A stretch of DNA of 64,000 nt, taken from IMG/VR virus record IMGVR_UViG_3300042293_000433. The stretch is one strand, 5' to 3'. The notes under the pieces were generated by a model. It was not told the DNA's origin. It made no database searches and worked only from the letters and a program-made list of their open reading frames with translations. This stretch comes from a virus (taxonomy: Duplodnaviria > Heunggongvirae > Uroviricota > Caudoviricetes). A program made the position numbers and the translations under genes. How positions within the stretch are numbered: the stretch's first letter is position 1; each line of letters starts with the position of its first letter. This document shows positions 8,264 to 17,173 of the stretch, one piece after another.

Positions 8264-9469
8264 TTATTCAAATGTATTTGTTACTAAATTATATTTCCAT
8301 CGGTGCACTTTACCATTTACAATTATACCATCTAAATAATAAACATTATCTTTCTGATATAAATTTAATTTAAACATCCATGCTTTTGAATTGGTTTGAT
8401 AGGTTGTGATATTGGTTTCTTTGAACGTTTTATAGTTATCAGTTGTTTTATAAACATTTAATTGAAATCCATTATACCAATTAGTGCCACTATCAATTGT
8501 TCTATTTAATAGAATTTCCGTTGTACCATCATTATCAATATCCGCTGCTACAATATCCAATACTAATGCCCATCCATTTGAATTAGGTTCACAAATAATT
8601 GTATTGTTACTAAACTCATTATTGTTATTCCAAAATATAGTAGATTTAGAATATCTATTTGAATTTGGAAATCCCTCAAATCCAGTCATTATAATATCGG
8701 GTTGTGTATCTTTATTTACATCCAATATTTCAATTGTTATATAACCAGAAGTTCCATTATATTTCCAATCAGTTGCATTAAAACTACCATCACCACTACC
8801 ATATAAAACTTTAATATAATTACCTGCGGTTACAACAATATCAATGTTTCCATCTTTATTTAGGTCACCACTTGCACCACCATGCCAAAACTTTTTGCCA
8901 ATATCAGGTAATGTTCCTAATTTATATTTGCCTGTTTTTTTGTCACTCAATAACAATGTGTTTGTTTCACCTGGCCAATAATTATTATCTTCAAATCCAT
9001 GATTGATTAAAAATAAATCCGGCAAGCTATCATTATTAAAATCACCTACAATTGTTTTACGGGTGTTTTGATTACCATTATACTCTAATGGAAGCATACT
9101 ATTATCTTTTGTATAAGAGTTGCCATTATTAATAAACACATCCGGTTTTGTATTAAATTCACCATCTGAACTATATGGATAAAATATGTCTTCTCTACCA
9201 TCGTTATTCATATCCACATATACAAATCCCAAATTATTAGTTCCATTATATCTACCTATATTTTTAATGCCAAATGTATTTCTAAGTGAATCAATACTAA
9301 TAAATTTATTAGTATTTTTTAATTCATATGAGGTTTTGCCATAATATACAATTTTAGGTAATTCCGTTGGTATTATTGGTGTAACTACAATTGGTTTAAC
9401 GATTATTGGTGCAGTTTTAGAACATCCAAATAAGGTCACTACGATTAATGCTAATATAATTTTTTTCAT
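8264..9469 (-). CDS. lipoprotein with FG-GAP/VCBS-type repeats
   Basis: 401 aa; signal plus lipobox LFGCSK; repeated DxNxDGxxD(I/L) segments (DMNNDGREDIF, DFNNDSLPDLF, GDLNKDGNIDIVV, DVNKDTQPDIIM, DIDNDGTTEILL). Confidence 0.55.
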   Translation of the reverse strand: MKKIILALIVVTLFGCSKTAPIIVKPIVVTPIIPTELPKIVYYGKTSYELKNTNKFISIDSLRNTFGIKNIGRYNGTNNLGFVYVDMNNDGREDIFYPYSSDGEFNTKPDVFINNGNSYTKDNSMLPLEYNGNQNTRKTIVGDFNNDSLPDLFLINHGFEDNNYWPGETNTLLLSDKKTGKYKLGTLPDIGKKFWHGGASGDLNKDGNIDIVVTAGNYIKVLYGSGDGSFNATDWKYNGTSGYITIEILDVNKDTQPDIIMTGFEGFPNSNRYSKSTIFWNNNNEFSNNTIICEPNSNGWALVLDIVAADIDNDGTTEILLNRTIDSGTNWYNGFQLNVYKTTDNYKTFKETNITTYQTNSKAWMFKLNLYQKDNVYYLDGIIVNGKVHRWKYNLVTNTFE

Positions 9470-9472
9470 ATT

Positions 9473-9823
9473 TTAATTTTTAACAAATAACTGAATACCT
9501 ACTATTATAAATCCCAATGCTAAACACAATCCATTCTTTAAACTTAATGGCTCTTTGAATAGATAGTGTGACATCAATGTAAATATAATTACACCGATAC
9601 CAAATCCTAACAAACGGGAAGGCCATATCTGCCCACCAAACCCAGCTATGAATGAGTTTACACTTTGTATGTAAACCCATCCTAGTGGTAATGATGCTAA
9701 TATAACCAACCATTGATACTTCTCATACCAACCATATTTGTAACTACCTTGTAATTGTAAGAATGTACCAATCTGTCCTAAGATACCAAATAAGATACCT
9801 ATGATTATTTTATTATAATTCAT
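9473..9823 (-). CDS. small 4-TM membrane protein (paralog of 38261..38605)
   Basis: 116 aa, four hydrophobic segments; shared motif GFGGQIWPSRLLGF vs GFAGSMWSNRFLFF; overlapping ORF 9480..9713 treated as artefact. Confidence 0.5.
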   Translation of the reverse strand: MNYNKIIIGILFGILGQIGTFLQLQGSYKYGWYEKYQWLVILASLPLGWVYIQSVNSFIAGFGGQIWPSRLLGFGIGVIIFTLMSHYLFKEPLSLKNGLCLALGFIIVGIQLFVKN

Positions 9824-10442
9824 TTGTTATATATTTTCTTTTCAAAATACATTCGTAATAATCCACAACCTCATCTTTGCCATCTTTACTACGAACCCAT
9901 TTTTGTCCAAATTCTTTTTTACATTGTTCTATTCTCTCTCTCTTTGATTTGGTTTTATCGGTATGATTTTTATAATATAACCAACTTGTCCAATAGTGGT
10001 CGTGGTAAGGACTATAAATTGTTATTGCTATTTGATAACCAAAGAATACAAATGATAAAACAGGATTCCATTCAAATCTATAATCCTTATCATTCCATTT
10101 TGTTTTCCAGCCCAACCCACAATAACTGAAGCCTACTTTAAGTGGTACTGCAAAGTTATAGTTTTTCTTTTCTTCAAATAACTCCTCAAAAGATTTTATC
10201 TTACGTGCATATTGAGGATTTAATGCATTGTATTTCTTTTGTGCTGCTATTTCCGATGTAACGGCTGCAGTTATCAGTTTATTATTTCCTTTAACCCATT
10301 TTCTAGGAAAGAAATAAGGAACACCTATTGCTATTTTACCGGCATAGAAACCAACTTTAAATGGTTTGAATGGTGCGTTTAATATTCCCAACCAACTGAA
10401 ACGATTTATTAAGTATTTTAATTCAAATTTTAACTTATTCAT
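9813..10442 (-). CDS. hypothetical protein
   Basis: 209-aa ORF, aromatic-rich. Confidence 0.45.
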   Translation of the reverse strand: MNKLKFELKYLINRFSWLGILNAPFKPFKVGFYAGKIAIGVPYFFPRKWVKGNNKLITAAVTSEIAAQKKYNALNPQYARKIKSFEELFEEKKNYNFAVPLKVGFSYCGLGWKTKWNDKDYRFEWNPVLSFVFFGYQIAITIYSPYHDHYWTSWLYYKNHTDKTKSKRERIEQCKKEFGQKWVRSKDGKDEVVDYYECILKRKYITNEL

Positions 10443-10443
10443 A

Positions 10444-10968
10444 TTACCTATTTAATTTTGTTATACATTCATCAATCTTATTTCTTAACTTACCTTTGAA
10501 TTGCATTTCACCATTTACTTTTACGTGTCTCCATTGTGGGATATTCATAAACTTAAAGTGTAATGCTACATTCAAATCATCAATTGCTATCCAATTACTA
10601 ATCTTATTATCTTTAACCCACTTTGCTATTTGTGCCGCTCGCATATAATCATTTGAACATCTACTCATCTTATACCACAGGTATTGATATGTTGTTGTAT
10701 CAATTAAGTGTGAACGATGTATTCCGTAGTGTTGAAAGATTGCTCCCATCTGGTCAAATGAAAAATGATTTCTCCAATCTGAGCTTAATACTAATTTTGC
10801 ATTTGTTTCATCTAATATAGTTTTCAATGCTTCACATTCCGGTATATCCCAAGCGTATGGTATTGTAAACGGCTTAACTATTCCTTCATCAATAGTAACA
10901 ATTCCATCACCCCAACTTCCCCAAGATAAAGGTCCATCTACATCTATGAATATTATTTTTTGTCTCAT
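10444..10968 (-). CDS. HAD-superfamily phosphatase-like protein
   Basis: 174 aa; N-terminal FIDVDGPL (HAD motif I DxDG), later IAIDDLN (motif IV-like). Confidence 0.5.
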   Translation of the reverse strand: MRQKIIFIDVDGPLSWGSWGDGIVTIDEGIVKPFTIPYAWDIPECEALKTILDETNAKLVLSSDWRNHFSFDQMGAIFQHYGIHRSHLIDTTTYQYLWYKMSRCSNDYMRAAQIAKWVKDNKISNWIAIDDLNVALHFKFMNIPQWRHVKVNGEMQFKGKLRNKIDECITKLNR

Positions 10969-10971
10969 AAC

Positions 10972-11277
10972 TTATTTGTTTGTTATTATATCGTAATCGT
11001 ACACTATTTCATTTAAGAATTTAATAAAACTAAATGGGTCAACCAATGTTTTAGAATCTATATCATATCTAATTGATTTACCACCATCTACTGCTAATCG
11101 TCCTTTAAATTTGTTTTTATCAAATTCATCTCTATCAAGTGTATATGAACAATCATTATCATAATTTTCATGTACAAAATTAAATCTATAAAAATCAGGT
11201 TCAGTTTGTATTTTCTTTATCTCAACCTGCATTGCATTGATTGGATATAACTTATCTATGTTTTTTATTGTTAGCAT
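10972..11277 (-). CDS. MLTIKNI-family small protein (paralog 1)
   Basis: 101 aa; N-terminus MLTIKNIDKL; DNA at start identical over ~22 nt to 12859..13182. Confidence 0.5.
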   Translation of the reverse strand: MLTIKNIDKLYPINAMQVEIKKIQTEPDFYRFNFVHENYDNDCSYTLDRDEFDKNKFKGRLAVDGGKSIRYDIDSKTLVDPFSFIKFLNEIVYDYDIITNK

Positions 11278-11278
11278 A

Positions 11279-11596
11279 TTATCTTACTTTTATTGGTTTT
11301 CTATATTTTTCTATTAAATAAATTATATCCGATATCAGTATTGATTTATTTTCCACAATAGTATTGGAAATCTTAAAGTATTTTGTTGGACTATATCTTA
11401 TACTATATTTACCCCCATCACGTTCTTTCATCAAGTCAATTCGGAAATATCTATTAATATCCGTATCTAAAACTGCAAATGAATATGAATTGGTAAAATC
11501 CTTAACTGAATGTATTTTATATTTGCCCAGTACTTCACCTATTACTTTATCTATATTGTGTATCTTTAGCATATTATTCGTATTCGTTTCTGTCAA
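11279..11596 (-). CDS. MLTIKNI-family small protein (paralog 2, N-extended)
   Basis: 105 aa; internal MLKIHNIDKVIG after a 9-aa extension. Confidence 0.45.
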   Translation of the reverse strand: MTETNTNNMLKIHNIDKVIGEVLGKYKIHSVKDFTNSYSFAVLDTDINRYFRIDLMKERDGGKYSIRYSPTKYFKISNTIVENKSILISDIIYLIEKYRKPIKVR

Positions 11597-12713
11597 TATT
11601 AATTACATATGGAAAACGGGGTATACCATCAGGTGTTAAATTAAAATACTTAATCGTTGCTTGCTTACCGATTAGTTTCTTTTTACTCTTTAACATCTCA
11701 GCCGTTTCATCCCAAGTTCCTTTTACATTTGATTTGAAAGGTTTACCATCAATCGTTTCAAATACCATATAACCAGCAGTTCCAGTTCTATTACCTTCAC
11801 CCTCTACGATATCTAAAATAGTATATTCATCATCAACAAACGATTTATGTTTTAATAAGTTCTTACTTCGTTTGTTTTCATACTTACCATTCGTTCTTAA
11901 CATCTGACCTTCGTAACCTTTCTCTACATACCCACCATATAATTCCATAACTTCATCTTCATTATCAACTTTATATGTTTGTACTATTCTACAATACTTA
12001 CCTACTTGTGAAAATGTTTCAAATAGTATTCCTAAATCATACATTCTTTTTACAAAGTTATTATCTGAACTAGGTAAATCGTATATGTGATACTCTATAC
12101 TTTTTTCACTTTCAATTAAATCCTCTTTAGTTGGTTTTGTTTTTTTAACCAAAGATACAATCTTATTGAAATCATTAGCGAACTTATCGGCATATAACTC
12201 ACCATCTAATATCAAATCAGGATTCATTACAAATACATGCCATAAGCTATACATGATATGTTGCGCTGAAAGAATAGGTTTACCATTTCTGCTAAACATA
12301 CCATCTTTTGTCACTATACAACGAATACCATCTAACTTAGCTTGCGAATAAATTGGATATGTAACCTTATCTTTACTATCTTCCCATTTAGCGGCTAACA
12401 TTGGTTCAAAGTATTGTGTTTTGTTTATGTGTTTGATATTCTCAAAGTAACCACTCTCTAACTTCTTTGTTCGTTTAGCTACCGCCTCTGCCATCGTTTG
12501 TTCTTTATCCGTAGTTTCATTTGCTCTACCAATATTCTTACCATAACAAATTGTCCACTCATTCGTAGTAATAGCACCGCCAACTTGTCCACTATGGGTT
12601 CGGTATTTATTACCTACTACTTCAATTGTCCATTCTTGCGTTGCACCGGTCTTTGTTTTTTTGTAAATAGTTTCTAATTTCATATTATAAATTTTTGTTA
12701 TATTAGGAGTCAT
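11574..12713 (-). CDS. lig: ATP-dependent DNA ligase
   Basis: 379 aa; adenylation motif I KLDGIRCIV (KxDG), YEGQMLR and downstream nucleotidyltransferase/OB-like blocks; true start may be the second ATG (12683) because the first 30 nt belong to a duplicated leader. Confidence 0.85.
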   Translation of the reverse strand: MTPNITKIYNMKLETIYKKTKTGATQEWTIEVVGNKYRTHSGQVGGAITTNEWTICYGKNIGRANETTDKEQTMAEAVAKRTKKLESGYFENIKHINKTQYFEPMLAAKWEDSKDKVTYPIYSQAKLDGIRCIVTKDGMFSRNGKPILSAQHIMYSLWHVFVMNPDLILDGELYADKFANDFNKIVSLVKKTKPTKEDLIESEKSIEYHIYDLPSSDNNFVKRMYDLGILFETFSQVGKYCRIVQTYKVDNEDEVMELYGGYVEKGYEGQMLRTNGKYENKRSKNLLKHKSFVDDEYTILDIVEGEGNRTGTAGYMVFETIDGKPFKSNVKGTWDETAEMLKSKKKLIGKQATIKYFNLTPDGIPRFPYVINIDRNEYE

Positions 12714-12753
12714 TCTCTCGACTCAATACATAAAGATACGACTTTATATTGGA
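12681..12753 (-). repeat. 73-bp duplicated 5' leader (copy A; copy B at 21569..21641)
   Basis: 70/73 identical to 21569..21641; sense strand ends exactly at an ATG and contains TCGTATCTTTA plus a GAGTC/GACTC inverted repeat. Confidence 0.8.
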
Positions 12754-12790
12754 TTGGCAATGCCCTAAGTGAACTAATTTTGAAAGTTTT

Positions 12791-12812
12791 TATTGGGAAT
12801 CAACGAGTTACG
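12791..12812 (-). promoter_or_regulatory. operator-like palindromic element (variant copy)
   Basis: plus-strand tattgggaatcaacgagttacg; matches 22-bp consensus cattgaTaatcaatTagttaRg at 16/22 (three length-conserved, weaker variant copies exist). Confidence 0.35.
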
Positions 12813-12858
12813 CCAATATAACCCTAACATATTAGGTATTTTTAATATATGATACCTA

Positions 12859-13182
12859 TTATTTAAAATTATAGTTATCCAATTTTGCCAAACATTTAGT
12901 TATCATAACTGCCAAATCGGCTGCACTTCTAACATCTGAATTATCTATTTCGACTTCGGTAGCTGCTGCCCATCCCATAACATATAGTTTATAATTACCT
13001 TGTGGTTTTTTATCTCTGTCTAAATAAACTTCACAATCCGGTTTGCCCGCACCATCATCTTTAAATACAAATACATAAGAATCATAATTCATTCTTTGAT
13101 TATGTAGATTATAAAATTCTTTTATGGTTCGGCTATTACACGTATAACCAACCATTTTTTCTATGTTTTTTATTGTTAGCAT
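12859..13182 (-). CDS. MLTIKNI-family small protein (paralog 3)
   Basis: 107 aa; MLTIKNIEKM. Confidence 0.5.
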   Translation of the reverse strand: MLTIKNIEKMVGYTCNSRTIKEFYNLHNQRMNYDSYVFVFKDDGAGKPDCEVYLDRDKKPQGNYKLYVMGWAAATEVEIDNSDVRSAADLAVMITKCLAKLDNYNFK

Positions 13183-13183
13183 G

Positions 13184-13483
13184 TTATATTAATTCATCTA
13201 TTAAAAATCGGATAAAGATATCTCTATCCCCTATACTCTCTATTGGTAGGTAGTGTCTATTACCTGTCTCTTGGCAATACATAAGATAATCACCATTGGA
13301 TGTCTTAACCCTACCAATGCTAAAGTTAAACATATCAAAGGGTGAGCCATTATGTACTACTTTAATAAGATAGTTATCCTTCGACTTAGTCACATAGTGT
13401 ATCTTCCAATGGCCAACGTATGTCCCCGTAAGAGAATCTATGTTTTTTATTGTAAGCATATTATAATTTTTCAAGTTTAGCAA
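13184..13483 (-). CDS. MLTIKNI-family small protein (paralog 4, N-extended)
   Basis: 99 aa; MLNLKNYNMLTIKNIDSL: the motif occurs twice; DNA around second Met near-identical to paralogs 1 and 3. Confidence 0.45.
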   Translation of the reverse strand: MLNLKNYNMLTIKNIDSLTGTYVGHWKIHYVTKSKDNYLIKVVHNGSPFDMFNFSIGRVKTSNGDYLMYCQETGNRHYLPIESIGDRDIFIRFLIDELI

Positions 13484-13724
13484 TTACATCCATTACATCT
13501 TCGGGTCTTAAATAACCAAGTACATCATTCGTAATCGGCGTATCGTAACATATTTCACCATCTTTGAAAATAGCTAATTCATACAATCCGATATCACCAC
13601 CATACGAGTGCGGACTTTGTACTACTGATACTTCATATCCATTATCTAATTTAGTTCTACTTACAATACCAAAATCAGCACCCATAGGGTTTGTTTTAAA
13701 TTCAATATCTTTAAATGTTTTCAT
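13461..13724 (-). CDS. hypothetical protein
   Basis: 87-aa ORF. Confidence 0.4.
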   Translation of the reverse strand: MKTFKDIEFKTNPMGADFGIVSRTKLDNGYEVSVVQSPHSYGGDIGLYELAIFKDGEICYDTPITNDVLGYLRPEDVMDVIAKLEKL

Positions 13725-13777
13725 AATTTGTTTTATTTAATCTATAAAGGTAGTTAATTTTTCTGATACTACCAAAT

Positions 13778-14128
13778 CTATTTATATGCTTTAATAGGTT
13801 TAATTTTCATTTGCCAATTATTGTTACCCGCCATTTGGCATATCATATAACCAAACCAATCTTTGTTTTTAATACAATTCAAAGTCACTTCGGTTCTTAA
13901 ATGAGATGCGTGTGTTTGATACATAACATAGTTACCACTATATTTTGCACTACTATCCCTTAATAAAGTAAATCCAATATAATCTTGTATTGTTCCATTT
14001 CCTTTTGTCAATGAAACTGTTATTGCATACTTTTCCGTACCTTCGTTTATATCCTCAATAGATAATGTATAACCATCACATTCAATATAATCACCTTTAA
14101 GTTCATTATAGTTTTTAATATTTAACAT
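13778..14128 (-). CDS. MLTIKNI-family small protein (paralog 5, divergent)
   Basis: 116 aa; MLNIKNYNELKG. Confidence 0.4.
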   Translation of the reverse strand: MLNIKNYNELKGDYIECDGYTLSIEDINEGTEKYAITVSLTKGNGTIQDYIGFTLLRDSSAKYSGNYVMYQTHASHLRTEVTLNCIKNKDWFGYMICQMAGNNNWQMKIKPIKAYK

Positions 14129-14131
14129 ACA

Positions 14132-14659
14132 CTATGGTTTAAGTAGTTTAATATGTTTACACGTTTGTGGTGTTTCTTTACTATATTGGTATGCAGGACA
14201 AGTACAACTCCAGTCACTCGTACCCAATACATTTTCTGTCACTTGATATAATAAATTAGGACCTGATTGACTTGCTACACTATGTATAATTTCGGTTAAT
14301 GTCATATCAGTCATGCCCATTGTATCAGGTTGTACCACTTCTAAATTAACTTTATTTGCCACATCATACATACTATCGATAACAAATTCCTTAAATCGTT
14401 CTATTGTTAGAATTGAATCTTTTACGATAGGTATATTTTCATGTATATACCAACCATCCATACCATCACCGATTGCACATATTTTAACATTATATTGGTT
14501 TTTATCCCAATTCATTTCAAACAATACACAATTACTCCAACTTCCGTCGTGTACTTGTTGAACAAAGAATCCCTCTTTACATACATCAATTTCAATTTCA
14601 GTATTTCCAAATTTAATTTTTTCGTTATCTACTTTGTGAAAGTTTTCTGGCTTTTTCAT
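14132..14659 (-). CDS. SWIM zinc-finger protein
   Basis: 175 aa; C-terminal WSCTCPAYQYSKETPQTCKHI = CxCx(n)CxH SWIM signature. Confidence 0.5.
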   Translation of the reverse strand: MKKPENFHKVDNEKIKFGNTEIEIDVCKEGFFVQQVHDGSWSNCVLFEMNWDKNQYNVKICAIGDGMDGWYIHENIPIVKDSILTIERFKEFVIDSMYDVANKVNLEVVQPDTMGMTDMTLTEIIHSVASQSGPNLLYQVTENVLGTSDWSCTCPAYQYSKETPQTCKHIKLLKP

Positions 14660-15060
14660 ATTTTATAAATTTTAATTTTTGTTAATTTAGTTTGTTTATC
14701 GTTTGCTCCAATTAATATATCAATTCGTTTCTTATATCGTTTGTTCATTACATCGTGAACTCTATATGTACCATCATATTTACCGGCACCAACAATTCTA
14801 ATCTTTTGTCCAAACTTATATTTCTTTTTTAAATCTCTACTAACTGCAATAATTCTATGTTTCTTTGGATTAGTAATCTTAAATCCACTCGCAGTTATAT
14901 TTGGTGTACTATCCGTTTCGGCTGCATTTGCTTTATATGTGGTTAGTGTCACTATTTCGGGAGTAATCGTTTCAATCATTGTGTTGATTCTTAATTCCTC
15001 TCGTTCCATTTCGTAAGGTAAACATACCATTGCGATTGCTAGTATTATATTGTAATTCAT
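14656..15060 (-). CDS. 3D-domain protein (MltA/YocH-like, putative cell-wall hydrolase/lysis-associated)
   Basis: 134 aa; N-terminal hydrophobic segment; ITASGFKI..RIIAVSRDL..FGQKIRIVGAGKYDGTYRVHDVMNKRYKKRIDILI fits 3D-domain pattern (tAsG..iAv..fG.ki.i.g.G.y.v.D.g..i.g..iDi). Confidence 0.45.
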   Translation of the reverse strand: MNYNIILAIAMVCLPYEMEREELRINTMIETITPEIVTLTTYKANAAETDSTPNITASGFKITNPKKHRIIAVSRDLKKKYKFGQKIRIVGAGKYDGTYRVHDVMNKRYKKRIDILIGANDKQTKLTKIKIYKI

Positions 15061-15063
15061 AAC

Positions 15064-15420
15064 TTATAATAATTTAGGTGTCCATTCATCCGTTAGTAAT
15101 TTAAGTTTGTCCATTAGACTATCCATATTGACAATATCTTCATGCTTTATCCAATAGGGATATCTTACACAATATGCTTCATTACTCCATTTTCCAATTG
15201 TATAATAACCATCCGATATAGCTGATGGGTTAAGTTCTACCGGCCTTCTATTTAATATAATGATATGTCTCATATTACCTCGCCATACATTAATTCTATA
15301 TTCATCTCTCCTTTCATCAATATCCTCAATGTAGTTTTTATCATCCCATTCTTTACGGAATAGTTTTTCAAAGTTCTTAATTGTTAGTTTCATAATATTT
15401 TCTTTTATGTCTTTCTTCAA
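15064..15420 (-). CDS. MLTIKNI-family small protein (paralog 6, N-extended)
   Basis: 118 aa; MKKDIKENIMKLTIKNFEKL. Confidence 0.4.
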   Translation of the reverse strand: MKKDIKENIMKLTIKNFEKLFRKEWDDKNYIEDIDERRDEYRINVWRGNMRHIIILNRRPVELNPSAISDGYYTIGKWSNEAYCVRYPYWIKHEDIVNMDSLMDKLKLLTDEWTPKLL

Positions 15421-15754
15421 ATTTATCTTCTACTAATTGTGCTGCTTTATTATATCCTTTATCTTTTAGTAATATGATTGCAAACATATCAGCCGCAACT
15501 TCATCACTTTCGTTTCTATCCTTTGTGTGTTTCAACATTATATGTGCTACTTCATGTGCTTCTACCCACCGCAATTCATCTTTGGTCAATTTCACTTCAC
15601 CATCTATGAATACACAACCCGAACTTGTCTCAGCGAAACCAAAACCACATTGTTCAAATAATGGTTTCATCACTTCATATCGGTAGTCATCTTTGGTTAG
15701 TATTGCAACTGCAACATCACTTTTGAACTCACTAAAATATGTTTTTGTTTTCAT
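15377..15754 (-). CDS. ImmA/IrrE-family zinc metallopeptidase
   Basis: 125 aa; HEVAHIMLKH (HExxH) followed by ESDEVAADMFA, the characteristic second block of COG2856/ImmA. Confidence 0.55.
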   Translation of the reverse strand: MKTKTYFSEFKSDVAVAILTKDDYRYEVMKPLFEQCGFGFAETSSGCVFIDGEVKLTKDELRWVEAHEVAHIMLKHTKDRNESDEVAADMFAIILLKDKGYNKAAQLVEDKFEERHKRKYYETNN

Positions 15755-16113
15755 TAACTTTTAATTAAATCGTTAAGCATACTTTGAATATTTACTACCG
15801 ATGATATTCTTTCCTTATCATATCCTTTATGGAATAAAGGTAGATATGAACCATTCGGTCGTTTTTCAAATAACTGAACTTCAATGTGATTATTTACATT
15901 GTTTAATGTAATATCCATTCTCATTATTTCCGGTACTGCAAATGTTGTTGGTAACCAGTTGAAATGAACTCCATATTTTTTATATGTCCCATCATTTCCT
16001 AAATCGGTCACTTTGGTGCATACATATTGTTGTGTATTTGCGGAGAACATACCAATAGTAAATACCTTATCCATCAACATCATTGGTCCTCTTGCCATTT
16101 TTTGAATACTCAT
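15754..16113 (-). CDS. hypothetical protein
   Basis: 119-aa ORF. Confidence 0.45.
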   Translation of the reverse strand: MSIQKMARGPMMLMDKVFTIGMFSANTQQYVCTKVTDLGNDGTYKKYGVHFNWLPTTFAVPEIMRMDITLNNVNNHIEVQLFEKRPNGSYLPLFHKGYDKERISSVVNIQSMLNDLIKS

Positions 16114-16131
16114 AACTTATTGTTTTTAATT

Positions 16132-16383
16132 TTATCTATATAATGTTACAAACTCACCGAACTCTCTATCAAATACTTCTATTAAATGGTCATAGTTACC
16201 CTTCATCATTTCTGCTTGAATAGCTTTACTATCTAATCCTAATTGTTTAGCTAATCTACTAGCCATACCAATCAATACAAACGCGTTACCATCAGGTCCC
16301 GTCAAATCGATTTCAATTCCTAACTTTTGTTCTTTACTTTTTATCATAACTTTTAATTTTATTTGTGTGTCTTTCCATTTCAT
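16132..16383 (-). CDS. hypothetical protein
   Basis: 83-aa ORF. Confidence 0.4.
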   Translation of the reverse strand: MKWKDTQIKLKVMIKSKEQKLGIEIDLTGPDGNAFVLIGMASRLAKQLGLDSKAIQAEMMKGNYDHLIEVFDREFGEFVTLYR

Positions 16384-16442
16384 GATGTTGTTTTATCCAC
16401 TCTCTAAGAATGAATAGAACTTTTGTTATTATTGTTTTCATA

Positions 16443-16820
16443 TTACCACCAACTTGTGTAATATACTGTCTTACCATTTGCTATTGCTTCCCTTGCTTTA
16501 GTAACAAATAACAAATCGTTTTCATTTTCTTCATCACCATTAGAACTCTCACCAAAAAAGAAACCGGATGTATCAGGCAAATTACCTTCTCTAATATCCG
16601 CTTCTAATGCATCTAAATCAAAAGTATCTAATACAACACAATCACCATTAAAACTATCCGATGTTCCACCCTTTGTATCATATATAGATTGCATCCATCC
16701 ATGTAAGTTAGGATGTTTTCTCCAATAGTGAACTTCCTCTGGTTTAAAATTCTTAGTTTCAAAGTCTACATCCGTTTTCGGTTTTGCGTTAGTAGAAAAC
16801 GCGTACATGTCTAATCCCAT
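16443..16820 (-). CDS. hypothetical protein
   Basis: 125-aa ORF, acidic. Confidence 0.45.
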   Translation of the reverse strand: MGLDMYAFSTNAKPKTDVDFETKNFKPEEVHYWRKHPNLHGWMQSIYDTKGGTSDSFNGDCVVLDTFDLDALEADIREGNLPDTSGFFFGESSNGDEENENDLLFVTKAREAIANGKTVYYTSWW

Positions 16821-16824
16821 AATT

Positions 16825-17163
16825 TTACTTTTTATTTTTTATTGATACAATATGTTTACAATCTTTACCTCGTCCGAAACCATGTGCCGGACAACTACAA
16901 CTCCAAAATCCTTCATCATTTACTACTTTGTATATGTTACCTTTACTACCCGCCACTTTAAACTCTTTAAGTTTAGTTTTTATTAGTTTAGGTTTTTTAC
17001 CATACTCAATTTTATCCCACATCCTTTCTAATTCATTCCAACTATACCATCTATTTACTTCTATCCACCCGCTGCTTTTTTCACCACCGGTACATACAAT
17101 CCATGTCTTACCGGATAAAGGTGATTCAAAACAAATAGGTGGTAATACTGATTTGATTCTCAT
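16825..17163 (-). CDS. SWIM zinc-finger protein
   Basis: 112 aa; WSCSCPAHGFGRGKDCKHI = CxCx(n)CxH; second SWIM protein in window. Confidence 0.5.
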   Translation of the reverse strand: MRIKSVLPPICFESPLSGKTWIVCTGGEKSSGWIEVNRWYSWNELERMWDKIEYGKKPKLIKTKLKEFKVAGSKGNIYKVVNDEGFWSCSCPAHGFGRGKDCKHIVSIKNKK

Positions 17164-17173
17164 AACTTATTTT

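Noticed and set aside
9480-9713. Alternative overlapping ORFs 9480..9713 and 42179..42412
   Set aside because: They are same-strand, different-frame overlaps of better-supported membrane-protein ORFs (9473..9823 and 42166..42384) and lack coherent hydrophobic or polar structure.
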